Virus record (IMG/VR): IMGVR_UViG_3300021963_000024
Origin: a virus
Lineage: Duplodnaviria > Heunggongvirae > Uroviricota > Caudoviricetes
DNA: 64,000 nt
Reading direction: 5' to 3' (one strand)
Shown: positions 19,837 to 27,831 of the stretch, one piece after another
How positions within the stretch are numbered: position 1 is the first letter of the stretch
Layout of the letters: each line of letters opens with the position of its first letter
The notes under the pieces: generated by a model
Seen by the model: only the letters and a program-made list of their open reading frames with translations
Database searches by the model: none
What the model was told of the DNA's origin: nothing
Position numbers and translations under genes: made by a program

Positions 19837-21000
19837 TTATACAGGATCGACAAAATCGTTTCTATCAGCAACACCCCATCCAACAATGGTAGTTTTATCC
19901 GATTCATATACAACCCATACCTTTTGCCCATGTTCCCAATCTTTAAAGAAGTATCCCCAAAATGTATCACCTTCTTTGATTAACCTTTTTCTCCCACCCT
20001 TATCACCAACGGTCGGGTCATTTCTCCACACCGGTATAGTATTAGAACGCAAATCTCTTTTCTTTCTCATCTTTAATTGGATGATTGGTGGAGTTGGGTT
20101 TGTAGCCGGTTGACCAGGTTGTAATGGTGTAGGCTCGGTAGTAGTGGTATTATTGGTTGTATTATCCGCAGACCCGGAGGAAGTAGAAGTAAGTGGTGTT
20201 TCTACCACTTGAGCAAGTTGAGTATACTTGAATACTACCGGTGGTTCTTCTTTAGCAGTATCACTTAGACCAGTAGTTGCGACCTTTTCGAAATCAATAG
20301 TAACTTGAGAATCAGGGAATGTTCCATTATAGAATACATCCTTAATCATATTAAAATCACTACGGAGTATGATAAGCCTATTTTGTAAGTTTTGAAGAAA
20401 GTTTTCTAATTTACTCTTATCTAATGTCCCATCGGACTGTTTTGTTTCTGTATTTAATTTATCAATAGAGTATATAGTATCATCATCCCCTAACTGAAAG
20501 GAATGTAATCCATACTTATCTACGGGTCTATCAATAGTAGGGTTAAGTGTATAATTGATTTGTCGAATGAGGTTTACCGGAACACCGTCCTGCGTATCAC
20601 CTTCAAATATATAATCTACATAAGAAACGGCAGCTTTACGGTTTTGGAAATCTAACCCTTCTGCTTCTTTCTTTAACTTATCTACATCTATCTCTATTAT
20701 CTTAATACTCTTACCCATCAAAACCTCTTTATCTTTCACTTTGATAGGACCGTTAGATTCTATTGCGTAGTGTGGATTGTTAGAAGTTTGTAAAGCATCT
20801 ATTGTCTTTTGCGAACACAAATACCAATCATCTGCTTTCACTATAATACCATCCACTTCTAATACGGGTTTAAGGTTTCCGATAGAAATTCCTTTTTCAA
20901 TAGTGATTGGCGAGATATTGGGAGAAGCCGATATTACCCAACTATTCGTTTGTTGTGTGTATCTTTGTGGATTTTGCGTTATTGGTATTATCTTTGCCAT
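19837..21000 (-). CDS. hypothetical protein with Thr/Asn/Pro-rich linker and C-terminal domain
   Basis: 387 aa with the low-complexity linker TSTSSGSADNTTNNTTTTEPTPLQPGQPATNPTPP. Possibly a structural or adhesin protein. Confidence 0.45.
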   Translation of the reverse strand: MAKIIPITQNPQRYTQQTNSWVISASPNISPITIEKGISIGNLKPVLEVDGIIVKADDWYLCSQKTIDALQTSNNPHYAIESNGPIKVKDKEVLMGKSIKIIEIDVDKLKKEAEGLDFQNRKAAVSYVDYIFEGDTQDGVPVNLIRQINYTLNPTIDRPVDKYGLHSFQLGDDDTIYSIDKLNTETKQSDGTLDKSKLENFLQNLQNRLIILRSDFNMIKDVFYNGTFPDSQVTIDFEKVATTGLSDTAKEEPPVVFKYTQLAQVVETPLTSTSSGSADNTTNNTTTTEPTPLQPGQPATNPTPPIIQLKMRKKRDLRSNTIPVWRNDPTVGDKGGRKRLIKEGDTFWGYFFKDWEHGQKVWVVYESDKTTIVGWGVADRNDFVDPV

Positions 21001-21283
21001 TTATTATATCGAATGCTCTTTTATATATACTTAATTCCGATTTTAATCTTTTGTTTGTTTTCCTTAATCTATATATCTCTCTTTGTAATTCTTTGTAATT
21101 ACCATCCAAAACGGTTTCTGCTATAATCCAATTAATATCTAATTGTTTTGATAGGTCTTTATAGTTCTCTTGTGAAATTTCTTCAATATGTTCTGATTTC
21201 TTTTTATAACCTAATATCTTTGCTACACCAACTGGCGTTCCAAAATCATCTGATGCTTTCTGATATACTCTTTCACTTAACAC
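20942..21283 (-). CDS. hypothetical protein
   Basis: 113 aa, overlaps the downstream gene by 59 nt. Charged and coiled-coil. Confidence 0.3.
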   Translation of the reverse strand: MLSERVYQKASDDFGTPVGVAKILGYKKKSEHIEEISQENYKDLSKQLDINWIIAETVLDGNYKELQREIYRLRKTNKRLKSELSIYKRAFDIINGKDNTNNAKSTKIHTTNE

Positions 21284-21284
21284 A

Positions 21285-21653
21285 TTATACGGTTTTCTGT
21301 TTTACTTCTAATGTCTTTGATACTTTTAGTAATTCATGGTCGAAATTACAATTCTTCATACTAATTGCCCCCATTGGTTTGTTTGTAGGTAAGAATACAT
21401 GCTTTGGATAATTACCAATTAACTTATCGGTTGCTTCATAGTATTTAAATCCATTCATTACATCATTTATGTTTAATCCTTTGAATCCTGATTTCTTAAC
21501 CATTAGATTTCTTTCCAATACTCTTAGTATCTCATTTACTTTCTTTGGGTCTTTCAATCCGTTCTTTTCATCCCAAAATACTAACTTAACCATAACAGGT
21601 ACAGTTCCTGCTTTAAATACAGTCGTTGCTTCTAATATTGATTTTAATTTCAT
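21285..21653 (-). CDS. hypothetical protein
   Basis: 122 aa ORF. Confidence 0.4.
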   Translation of the reverse strand: MKLKSILEATTVFKAGTVPVMVKLVFWDEKNGLKDPKKVNEILRVLERNLMVKKSGFKGLNINDVMNGFKYYEATDKLIGNYPKHVFLPTNKPMGAISMKNCNFDHELLKVSKTLEVKQKTV

Positions 21654-21671
21654 AATAATAAATATCTGAAA

Positions 21672-21706
21672 AAGAAAAACCCCACTTTTGGTGGGGTCTC
21701 TTTTTT
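21672..21706. terminator. bidirectional rho-independent terminator
   Basis: Stem CCCCAC (21680-21685)/GTGGGG (21691-21696), flanked by an A-run and a T-run. Confidence 0.55.
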
Positions 21707-22051
21707 ATTTCTTTAAAAACTTCTTTCCGAAATCAATTAGGTAAGGAAGAACTTTCCAACCTACTACTAAACCAACAACGAATTGAAGGTTTAATACGAA
21801 ATCTAATACTGCCATTTTGTTTCAGTTTAGGGTTAAAAAATAAATAACCATCAGTCAACTGATATTCGAATTCGTATTAATAAGTATAAAGGAAAATAGA
21901 TTAAAGCGTTATACTGTCTACTGTCTTGCTTTATTTGCTATCTTTGCTGTTTTGCTGCTGCTGTCTTTTATAACTATCGAGGTTTTTTTCTTTTTCCTTC
22001 GTATTTAGGTAAATATATTTTTCCACATGAGTGTCAACTCATATATCAAAA

Positions 22052-22210
22052 TTGCGCTCTATAGCGAAAAAATTGCCCCCGGTATTCGCACGTATCCGAC
22101 CCGCTTTTACAATGCGCTCTCTTTTTGAGCTACACGAAATTCAGTGCGCAGTGGGGTAGAAACGGGAGGGCACAAAGAACCCGCTAGCAAGTTACTGCTA
22201 GCGGGGGCGT
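22052..22210 (+). ncRNA. GC-rich structured non-coding island (candidate sRNA), copy 1
   Basis: GC-rich patch in an AT-rich genome. Contains TGCGCA hexamers and the 10-bp hairpin CCCGCTAGCA-agttac-TGCTAGCGGG (22180-22206). Shares blocks with 26479-26710. Confidence 0.3.
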
Positions 22211-22255
22211 GAATACATTTTGTTATTCACTTTGTATATGAGTAAGCCTTTTATC

Positions 22256-22477
22256 TTAAAACCACCTTCGTATAAATTCAGGTAGTCCAGATTGAACTTC
22301 GTTGTTCCATTGTTGCATTAGTGCGTTAGCATTATCTATGCCTTCTCTCTTTTGGACCATATAACCTATCTTCATATCCTTACACCATTGTTGAAAGTTA
22401 GTGTCTGCCATTGTAGTTTCTCTTTCTTTCTCTATGGTAGTAAGTCTATCTATTGTTATGTTCTCTATTGTATTCAT
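22256..22477 (-). CDS. hypothetical protein
   Basis: 73 aa ORF. Confidence 0.35.
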   Translation of the reverse strand: MNTIENITIDRLTTIEKERETTMADTNFQQWCKDMKIGYMVQKREGIDNANALMQQWNNEVQSGLPEFIRRWF

Positions 22478-22528
22478 ACTATATGTTATCTTTGCTGAAT
22501 TTATTTTATCTCGGGTGTCCGGCAGGGT

Positions 22529-22759
22529 TTATGCTTTTGCCTGCGGGGGATGTTGTGTAAATTGTTCTGCAAGAATAGCATCTTCATTCTCTGCCATCAT
22601 TTCATCCAATGCGTCGTGTGTTTTAAGTATATGAATTGCCATGCGTAATTCACTCAACCTTTCACTTGCTGCATACTTAGGTTTACCGTCCTTCATTGCT
22701 TTAATCTTTTTCATAAGGACCACTTCACTATGTTCTAATATCTTTATTGCTTCTTGCAT
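22529..22759 (-). CDS. hypothetical protein
   Basis: 76 aa ORF. Confidence 0.35.
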   Translation of the reverse strand: MQEAIKILEHSEVVLMKKIKAMKDGKPKYAASERLSELRMAIHILKTHDALDEMMAENEDAILAEQFTQHPPQAKA

Positions 22760-23160
22760 TGTTTGTTTATTTTATGTTTGTATTCATCCCAAAATATCGG
22801 GGTGTATTTCTTTTCTCTATATCGAGCTTGCCTCTCGTACGGGTTCCTGCTATATGAGCCAGGGTATTTATAATATTTTGTTGTTATAGGTTGTAATTGA
22901 TGTGTCCATTCATGTATACAGGTTGCTATGAGCTCTCGCACATCGTCGCAACCATCCCAATAAATAATCACTTCGTTTTCACTATCGTCATACTCACCAC
23001 ACAGGTCAGGCACCGGTGCTTTTTGTATGGTCCAGATTGGTGCATATTTTTTACGATTGTTTACTCCAAACTTTCGTTTGCACCACCTCAATGCCATATT
23101 TGCAATACGCACAGTTGGCTCTCTACCCAACCGCTGTATTGGTGTATCTAATTCAATCAT
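22744..23160 (-). CDS. hypothetical protein with HExxH (possible SprT-like zinc metallopeptidase)
   Basis: TCIHEWTHQ (an HExxH). 138 aa, Cys-rich. Confidence 0.3.
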   Translation of the reverse strand: MIELDTPIQRLGREPTVRIANMALRWCKRKFGVNNRKKYAPIWTIQKAPVPDLCGEYDDSENEVIIYWDGCDDVRELIATCIHEWTHQLQPITTKYYKYPGSYSRNPYERQARYREKKYTPIFWDEYKHKINKQCKKQ

Positions 23161-23186
23161 AATTTAATACATTAGTTAATAAAAAA

Positions 23187-23213
23187 GACCAGCGCTCTCG
23201 TGCACTGGTCTTA
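23187..23213 (-). terminator. rho-independent terminator
   Basis: Stem GACCAG/CTGGTC. T-run on the minus strand (A-run 23181-23186 on plus). Confidence 0.5.
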
Positions 23214-23290
23214 TTGTTAGAATGCTTTGTTTGTAAAGTAAAATCGGAGAATAACCATTTGAGTAAGAATCGAGATGCAATCCTAACATA

Positions 23291-23324
23291 GAGCGTAGGT
23301 AGGGAGTCGAACCCATCCTACGCT
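23291..23324 (-). other. tRNA-like acceptor/T-arm minihelix
   Basis: Minus-strand read AGCGTAGG-AT-GGG-TTCGACT-CCC-TA-CCTACGCT. The T-loop is TTCGACT and the helix stacks 8+3 bp. There is no D or anticodon arm. Confidence 0.4.
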
Positions 23325-23402
23325 ATAATAACATGGCGGTAGTCAGTAACTCTGTGAAGTTTTTGAGAATAACCACTTATGAAACGGCTAGCCGCCAATA
23401 AA

Positions 23403-23723
23403 TTACTTCACGATAGAAGTGTCAGCCTTAGCTGTTGTATCTACTGCTGCTGCAGTTGAATCAACGCTAACTGCTGTAGAGTCAGCTACATTGATAGCTG
23501 CTGTGTTATTTGAACCACACGCAACCATACCCATAGTCAACACTAACGCCATTGCACCAATCTTAGCTTTGTTCACAATAGTGCTCAAACGCTTAGCATT
23601 ATACAATGCTCTTGTTGTGAAGAAATCTCTCTTTTGTTCAGATGTAGCAGTAGCTGCTTCATTTAAATTGCTTACTAACTCTGTTACCTGATACTCAACT
23701 TTTGACTTAATTGTCTTAGCCAT
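23403..23723 (-). CDS. hypothetical Ala/Thr/Val-rich protein with internal lipobox-like segment
   Basis: GC-richer codon usage than its neighbours. Contains MALVLTMGMVACGS. Confidence 0.35.
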   Translation of the reverse strand: MAKTIKSKVEYQVTELVSNLNEAATATSEQKRDFFTTRALYNAKRLSTIVNKAKIGAMALVLTMGMVACGSNNTAAINVADSTAVSVDSTAAAVDTTAKADTSIVK

Positions 23724-23814
23724 AAAAAACTGTTTTTTGGTCCTCTAAATTATTACTAATTTGAACTCCGCACCAGCGGGACCTTTACTGGCGTTTCATT
23801 CACTATTGTTTTAC

Positions 23815-23843
23815 AATATACGAAACATTTTCGATATTGCCAA
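23815..23843 (-). promoter_or_regulatory. sigma70-like promoter TTGGCA-N17-TATATT
   Basis: Minus-strand read TTGGCAATATCGAAAATGTTTCGTATATT. Confidence 0.45.
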
Positions 23844-23850
23844 ATTTATT

Positions 23851-24204
23851 TTAGAATACATTGTGGTCGAACCATTGACGGATTGACTCTTCAATTTCAT
23901 CTTCAATGTGGTCAGTGTCGATATCAATGTCCTTTAATTCAACTACATTGCCATCGCCGATTTCAAATCTTGCTGAATCATAATCCACTACTTCGGATGA
24001 GTCTACATATGCTAGTCCACCACGAACATGGTCGATTAACTCTTGCATTTCATCTTCGGTGAACTCTGGCTCTGTAACATTCACTTCAATGCGCATCAAT
24101 AAACGCAAGACATCTTCTTTGCTAAAGATATTACTAATTGAATTACTAACGCCATCAATTGCTTGACTCAGCGTGATGGGCGCTGCTACTGTTTGTTTAC
24201 TCAT
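23851..24204 (-). CDS. hypothetical acidic protein
   Basis: 117 aa ORF. Confidence 0.4.
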   Translation of the reverse strand: MSKQTVAAPITLSQAIDGVSNSISNIFSKEDVLRLLMRIEVNVTEPEFTEDEMQELIDHVRGGLAYVDSSEVVDYDSARFEIGDGNVVELKDIDIDTDHIEDEIEESIRQWFDHNVF

Positions 24205-24222
24205 ATTATTTGTTTTAATTAA

Positions 24223-24594
24223 TTACTTATCGGTATCTTCAGGTCTAGTTGCTTGTGAGTCGCGGATTGCCGCCGGCACAATTGCTTCCAAATCCGGCAT
24301 CAATTCACCTAACTCCTTTGCAGCCTGCATTTCCTTTCTTTCACTCTTTGATGTAGCACGCTTAACTGCTGACTCAAATGATTTAGTCAATGCAGTTTCA
24401 GTTTCATTTGCATTCACAAACATACGCACTGAATCTTCATCAACAAAGAAACGAGGTTTGTCCATTTTAGGACCAGTTAATTCAAACACTTCGTATTTGT
24501 GCCTACCTTCACCAAAGTTGAATATCTTTGTTTTAATAGTTGCAACATAACCACGTTTCAACCCTTTCAATGTTTTTGTTTTACTCTTACTCAT
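24223..24594 (-). CDS. hypothetical protein (MSKSK-family paralog)
   Basis: Shares the N-terminal MSKSK and the YEVFELTGPK block with 25403-25648. Confidence 0.4.
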   Translation of the reverse strand: MSKSKTKTLKGLKRGYVATIKTKIFNFGEGRHKYEVFELTGPKMDKPRFFVDEDSVRMFVNANETETALTKSFESAVKRATSKSERKEMQAAKELGELMPDLEAIVPAAIRDSQATRPEDTDK

Positions 24595-24595
24595 A

Positions 24596-24913
24596 TTAAT
24601 GTGTACTATTTAGTTCGTAATTAAATTCTTTTAACAATTCCGTTTCGATTTGGTGAGCTAATGCTTTACCCCTTACTACGTCAACGATAAACAATTCGTA
24701 AACTTCAGGATCATTCTCACGCATATCAATATACAATGCCCATTGCTTTTTCTCTTTACGGGCTCTGCTCTGGTGTTTTAAGAAACGCAAGTGAGCAGAA
24801 TAATGAAACCTACGTCCAATTGCGGCAGTTATACCGATATACGATTTGCCGTTTGATGTATTCACAATTTCGTATATAACGTGGTTTCTATCTGACCTTT
24901 TCTTTCTACTCAT
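24596..24913 (-). CDS. GIY-YIG domain protein
   Basis: VIYEIVNTSNGKSYIGIT...R spacing matches a GIY-YIG nuclease motif. 105 aa. Confidence 0.5.
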   Translation of the reverse strand: MSRKKRSDRNHVIYEIVNTSNGKSYIGITAAIGRRFHYSAHLRFLKHQSRARKEKKQWALYIDMRENDPEVYELFIVDVVRGKALAHQIETELLKEFNYELNSTH

Positions 24914-24924
24914 ATAAAATATTT

Positions 24925-25284
24925 TTACTTAATAATTTCACCATAACCGCCGCAGTTGGTATTTGTTTTAAACCACGACCAATCTTCATCACTATAAAAA
25001 CGGTCCCAATTAGAACCTTTGATAATAGCACCTTTGTAGTATTCAATTACTTTGATATCCTTTAAGATACGGCGGATAGTTGAATAGTATCCGTTTACAT
25101 TGATACGATTGATGTTATCATTATGCATAATAAACATATGCTTAATAACACTAGTCCATGTTGGTTTGCCAACCGAATATTCAACGATATACTTTAGGGA
25201 GTCGTATACCTTTACTAACATTTTTTTGTTAGCCCAATCATAACCAATTTTTTCCCAAACTAAATCTTGTCTAATCTTACTCAT
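24925..25284 (-). CDS. hypothetical protein
   Basis: 119 aa ORF. Confidence 0.4.
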   Translation of the reverse strand: MSKIRQDLVWEKIGYDWANKKMLVKVYDSLKYIVEYSVGKPTWTSVIKHMFIMHNDNINRINVNGYYSTIRRILKDIKVIEYYKGAIIKGSNWDRFYSDEDWSWFKTNTNCGGYGEIIK

Positions 25285-25402
25285 AATATACTATTTACTT
25301 TTTTTAATGTAGGTTTCATAAAACGCCTTACCTGCGGCATATCCAATAATACTAACAACTGAAATAACAATCAATTCAAAAATGGTAATGTGTGTACCCA
25401 TA

Positions 25403-25648
25403 TTATTTATATTTAATTTCGTTCATAATGTTTTTTACTATACTCATAGTCATTTTTGTATCCGTCATTTTATCAATATACGCTTTCGCATCCTTTCTAC
25501 TACAAAAATACTTTTTAAACTTATTAGGACCAGTTACCTTAAACACTTCATAGGTAGCGGACTCAAAGTTATTATCTTTCATTCTCATAACTTTACGAAC
25601 TTTCTTAATTTCGTAATTCTTTTTAATATTTACTTTACTCTTACTCAT
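25403..25648 (-). CDS. hypothetical protein (MSKSK-family paralog)
   Basis: YEVFKVTGPNK block shared with 24223-24594. Confidence 0.4.
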   Translation of the reverse strand: MSKSKVNIKKNYEIKKVRKVMRMKDNNFESATYEVFKVTGPNKFKKYFCSRKDAKAYIDKMTDTKMTMSIVKNIMNEIKYK

Positions 25649-25696
25649 ATACTATAATTTAAAGGTGAAACAATTTTGAAATACAAAAGGCTGATA

Positions 25697-26071
25697 TTAA
25701 TAACCAGCCAATTTGTTAATGAATTTGTAAGTTAAACCAAATTCAACCAATTCACTACGCAATTCACTCATAAACTTTTTAGGGATACGACCATAAGAAA
25801 TTGGATATTCCGCAATAATATTTTTAATAGTAGCGGCTTCCTTTTTAAACATAGAAAGGAATAACTGAGCTTCAGTCATTTGTTTTCGGTTATTACATTT
25901 AATGCGGTGAACATTACCCAACAAATCGGTATATTCAACGATACACATAGTTTTTTTACCTAAACTCATTTTACTCGCGGCAAAATTCTTAAAAGGGTTT
26001 TCAATCAATTGACCCAAACGATTACCGCCGGTTTTGATACTTTCTTTAAATTCAATGTTAAACTTACTCAT
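25697..26071 (-). CDS. hypothetical protein
   Basis: 124 aa ORF preceded by a ~120-bp repeated upstream element. Confidence 0.4.
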   Translation of the reverse strand: MSKFNIEFKESIKTGGNRLGQLIENPFKNFAASKMSLGKKTMCIVEYTDLLGNVHRIKCNNRKQMTEAQLFLSMFKKEAATIKNIIAEYPISYGRIPKKFMSELRSELVEFGLTYKFINKLAGY

Positions 26072-26195
26072 ATATTACAAATTTTTTATATACCTTGTCC
26101 GATATTGGAACTTTACCCTGTAAAGATACGGCAAATTTTAGGGACCACCAAATAATTTGAAAAAAAAGTTTATTGACAATCAACGAGTTATAAAA
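26072..26195 (-). repeat. ~120-bp upstream element, copy 1 (late-promoter-like TATATAAAA plus palindrome CTTTACcctGTAAAG plus operator)
   Basis: About 85% identical to 51518-51640 by eye. Both copies sit immediately upstream of the ATG of a minus-strand gene. Confidence 0.5.
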
Positions 26196-26445
26196 CCGAT
26201 ATATTTCCGCCGGCATAACTGATTGATTGTCAATAAAGAATTTTTGAAAACATAACTCGTTGACAATCAATTAGTTACGAAATTTCTATTTAACATAATA
26301 TCAATTATTAGTTTTTTTCGGGTTTTTCTTGCGTAAAGCACTGACAATCAATTACTTCCCTATTTAACATAATATATTATATAGGACACTGGCAACTAAC
26401 TGATAATCAACAAGTTATGCAACTCATTGAAAATCAATCAATTAT
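26173..26445. promoter_or_regulatory. cluster of six palindromic operator repeats (consensus ATAACT-nn-TTGA-nnn-TCAA-nn-AGTTAT)
   Basis: Copies at 26173-26191, 26215-26233 (inverted), 26252-26278 (full 27-bp palindrome), 26341-26357, 26397-26418 and 26427-26445. Confidence 0.6.
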
Positions 26446-26478
26446 ATAAAGGTTTTGTTAGATATTATTTAAAAGAGA

Positions 26479-26710
26479 CACGGTGCGAAATAAAAATTAT
26501 CTAATGAAACGCAGACCAGGCTTATATTTGGCAATGTGGAATATTTTTCGTATCTTCAGGAAACCCGTTACAGGTCTGCGTTTCATCGCACGGACCACAA
26601 TAGCTAAATTAATTTCACTTTGCGCAACTCACCTAACTAATCGGGACTAACTCTGCGCATCCCCTTTCACCATTTTTGTATTGCCGGGAAAAACATTGCG
26701 CAGTGTGAAC
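26479..26710 (+). ncRNA. GC-rich structured non-coding island (candidate sRNA), copy 2, with embedded plus-strand promoter-like motif
   Basis: 14-bp inverted repeat ATGAAACGCAGACC (26504-26517)/GGTCTGCGTTTCAT (26573-26586) encloses TTGGCA-N17-TATCTT (26528-26556). Downstream hairpin GCGCA...TGCGC and TGCGCAGTG block. Confidence 0.3.
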
Positions 26711-26715
26711 GCAGG

Positions 26716-26880
26716 TGGGATATTTCAGTTTATAGTGATACACTTTTATAGTAATTTGTTTTCTTTGTAGTGTGTAAGTATGTAAGTAAATTATTTTGAC
26801 ACATTAAATTTTTACCACTCTTTAACACAATTTACCACTTTTACCCACAAATTAACACTACATTATTTATTTTGACACTG
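26716..26880. repeat. iteron-like short direct repeats (TTTACCAC x3, TTTTGACAC x2) in AT-rich spacer
   Basis: Visible direct repeats within the 600-bp non-coding stretch 26270-26866. Confidence 0.35.
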
Positions 26881-27103
26881 TATTGTTTAATATACACAAC
26901 TTATGGACTCTATTTCGTTTTATATGTTTTGTTAATTCAGGTTCAGCAATATATGTTCTACTCCAACCAACTAAACTAACTCTATTTTTATATCCTCTTG
27001 TTTTATATCCTGTTATCCTTCTCCAACCTTTTGTTATCCACATTGGCATAGTTTTCATTATACCTTCTTTATCATTCCATTCGTTATATTTTCTTATATT
27101 CAT
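26867..27103 (-). CDS. hypothetical protein
   Basis: 78 aa ORF. Confidence 0.3.
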   Translation of the reverse strand: MNIRKYNEWNDKEGIMKTMPMWITKGWRRITGYKTRGYKNRVSLVGWSRTYIAEPELTKHIKRNRVHKLCILNNTVSK

Positions 27104-27106
27104 ACC

Positions 27107-27301
27107 TTATTTATTTTTTATTACTTTATAATTCAAATACATACTAAATCCAATTAGGATAATACCAATACCACCCAAACCAGGCGCATCATCTATTTCA
27201 CCAAACACTATTGCCATTCCACCTACTGCCGATGCTATATTGGTTGCCCATCCATTTAAATACTTTAACATACTATTTCTTTTTATATTGTTCGCATACA
27301 A
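27107..27301 (-). CDS. small membrane protein
   Basis: 64 aa, Gly-rich hydrophobic. Confidence 0.3.
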   Translation of the reverse strand: MYANNIKRNSMLKYLNGWATNIASAVGGMAIVFGEIDDAPGLGGIGIILIGFSMYLNYKVIKNK

Positions 27302-27555
27302 ATTATAATTTTATCCATTGTATCAAATTCGTTTTTATTTAACCAAAGTGTTTTATTCTTATATTCCATTATCCACATTCCGTTTTGGGTTTGTTTTCTA
27401 TGTAGCAATATAGTTTCGTTTTGTCTACTCATTGTATTCTTTGCTCCCAATGTAAACTCATAAACATTTTCATATTCTTTTACCCCTACTACATCTAATC
27501 TACTATCGTATTCCTTGCCTATTATCTTATGGGGATTTTTTATTTTTAATCGCAT
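27283..27555 (-). CDS. hypothetical protein
   Basis: 90 aa ORF. Confidence 0.3.
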   Translation of the reverse strand: MRLKIKNPHKIIGKEYDSRLDVVGVKEYENVYEFTLGAKNTMSRQNETILLHRKQTQNGMWIMEYKNKTLWLNKNEFDTMDKIIICMRTI

Positions 27556-27561
27556 ATAGTA

Positions 27562-27777
27562 TTATTTATTTAATTCTTTTAATACTCTTATTGTTTCGTG
27601 TTTAGTTATTAGTATTCGGACTAATTCATTCCAGCTTTCCCCTTTATCCATTACTTCCTTATTGTATTCACTTAGTATATTTTGTTCCTGTTCTTTATTC
27701 AGTATTATATTCATATCCTTACTTATACTCTGTATATCTTGTATAGTTACATTTTCTTTTGTTATACTCTTATTCAT
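27562..27777 (-). CDS. hypothetical protein
   Basis: 71 aa ORF. Confidence 0.3.
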   Translation of the reverse strand: MNKSITKENVTIQDIQSISKDMNIILNKEQEQNILSEYNKEVMDKGESWNELVRILITKHETIRVLKELNK

Positions 27778-27831
27778 ATATCCTTGCTGAATTTATTTTA
27801 TTAAGGTTTTCCGGCGTATTATCTTTTTATT

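Noticed and set aside
23286-23400. Possible full-length tRNA gene on the minus strand
   Set aside because: A T-loop and acceptor-like helix are present, but no D-arm or anticodon arm can be folded. It is reported instead as a tRNA-like minihelix. No canonical tRNA was found elsewhere in the intergenic DNA.
26173-26191. Interpretation of TTGACAATCAACGAGTTATGAAAT as a sigma70 promoter (TTGACA -35)
   Set aside because: The spacing from TTGACA to any TATAAT-like hexamer is 10 or 22 nt, not 16-18. The dyad symmetry TTGA-nnn-TCAA and the full 27-bp palindrome at 26252-26278 fit an operator better.
26064-26270. Minus-strand 68-aa ORF covering the repeated upstream cassette
   Set aside because: It spans the duplicated ~120-bp regulatory element and the operator repeats. 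The homologous copy at 51518-51640 is not open in the same frame, so the sequence is more parsimoniously non-coding.
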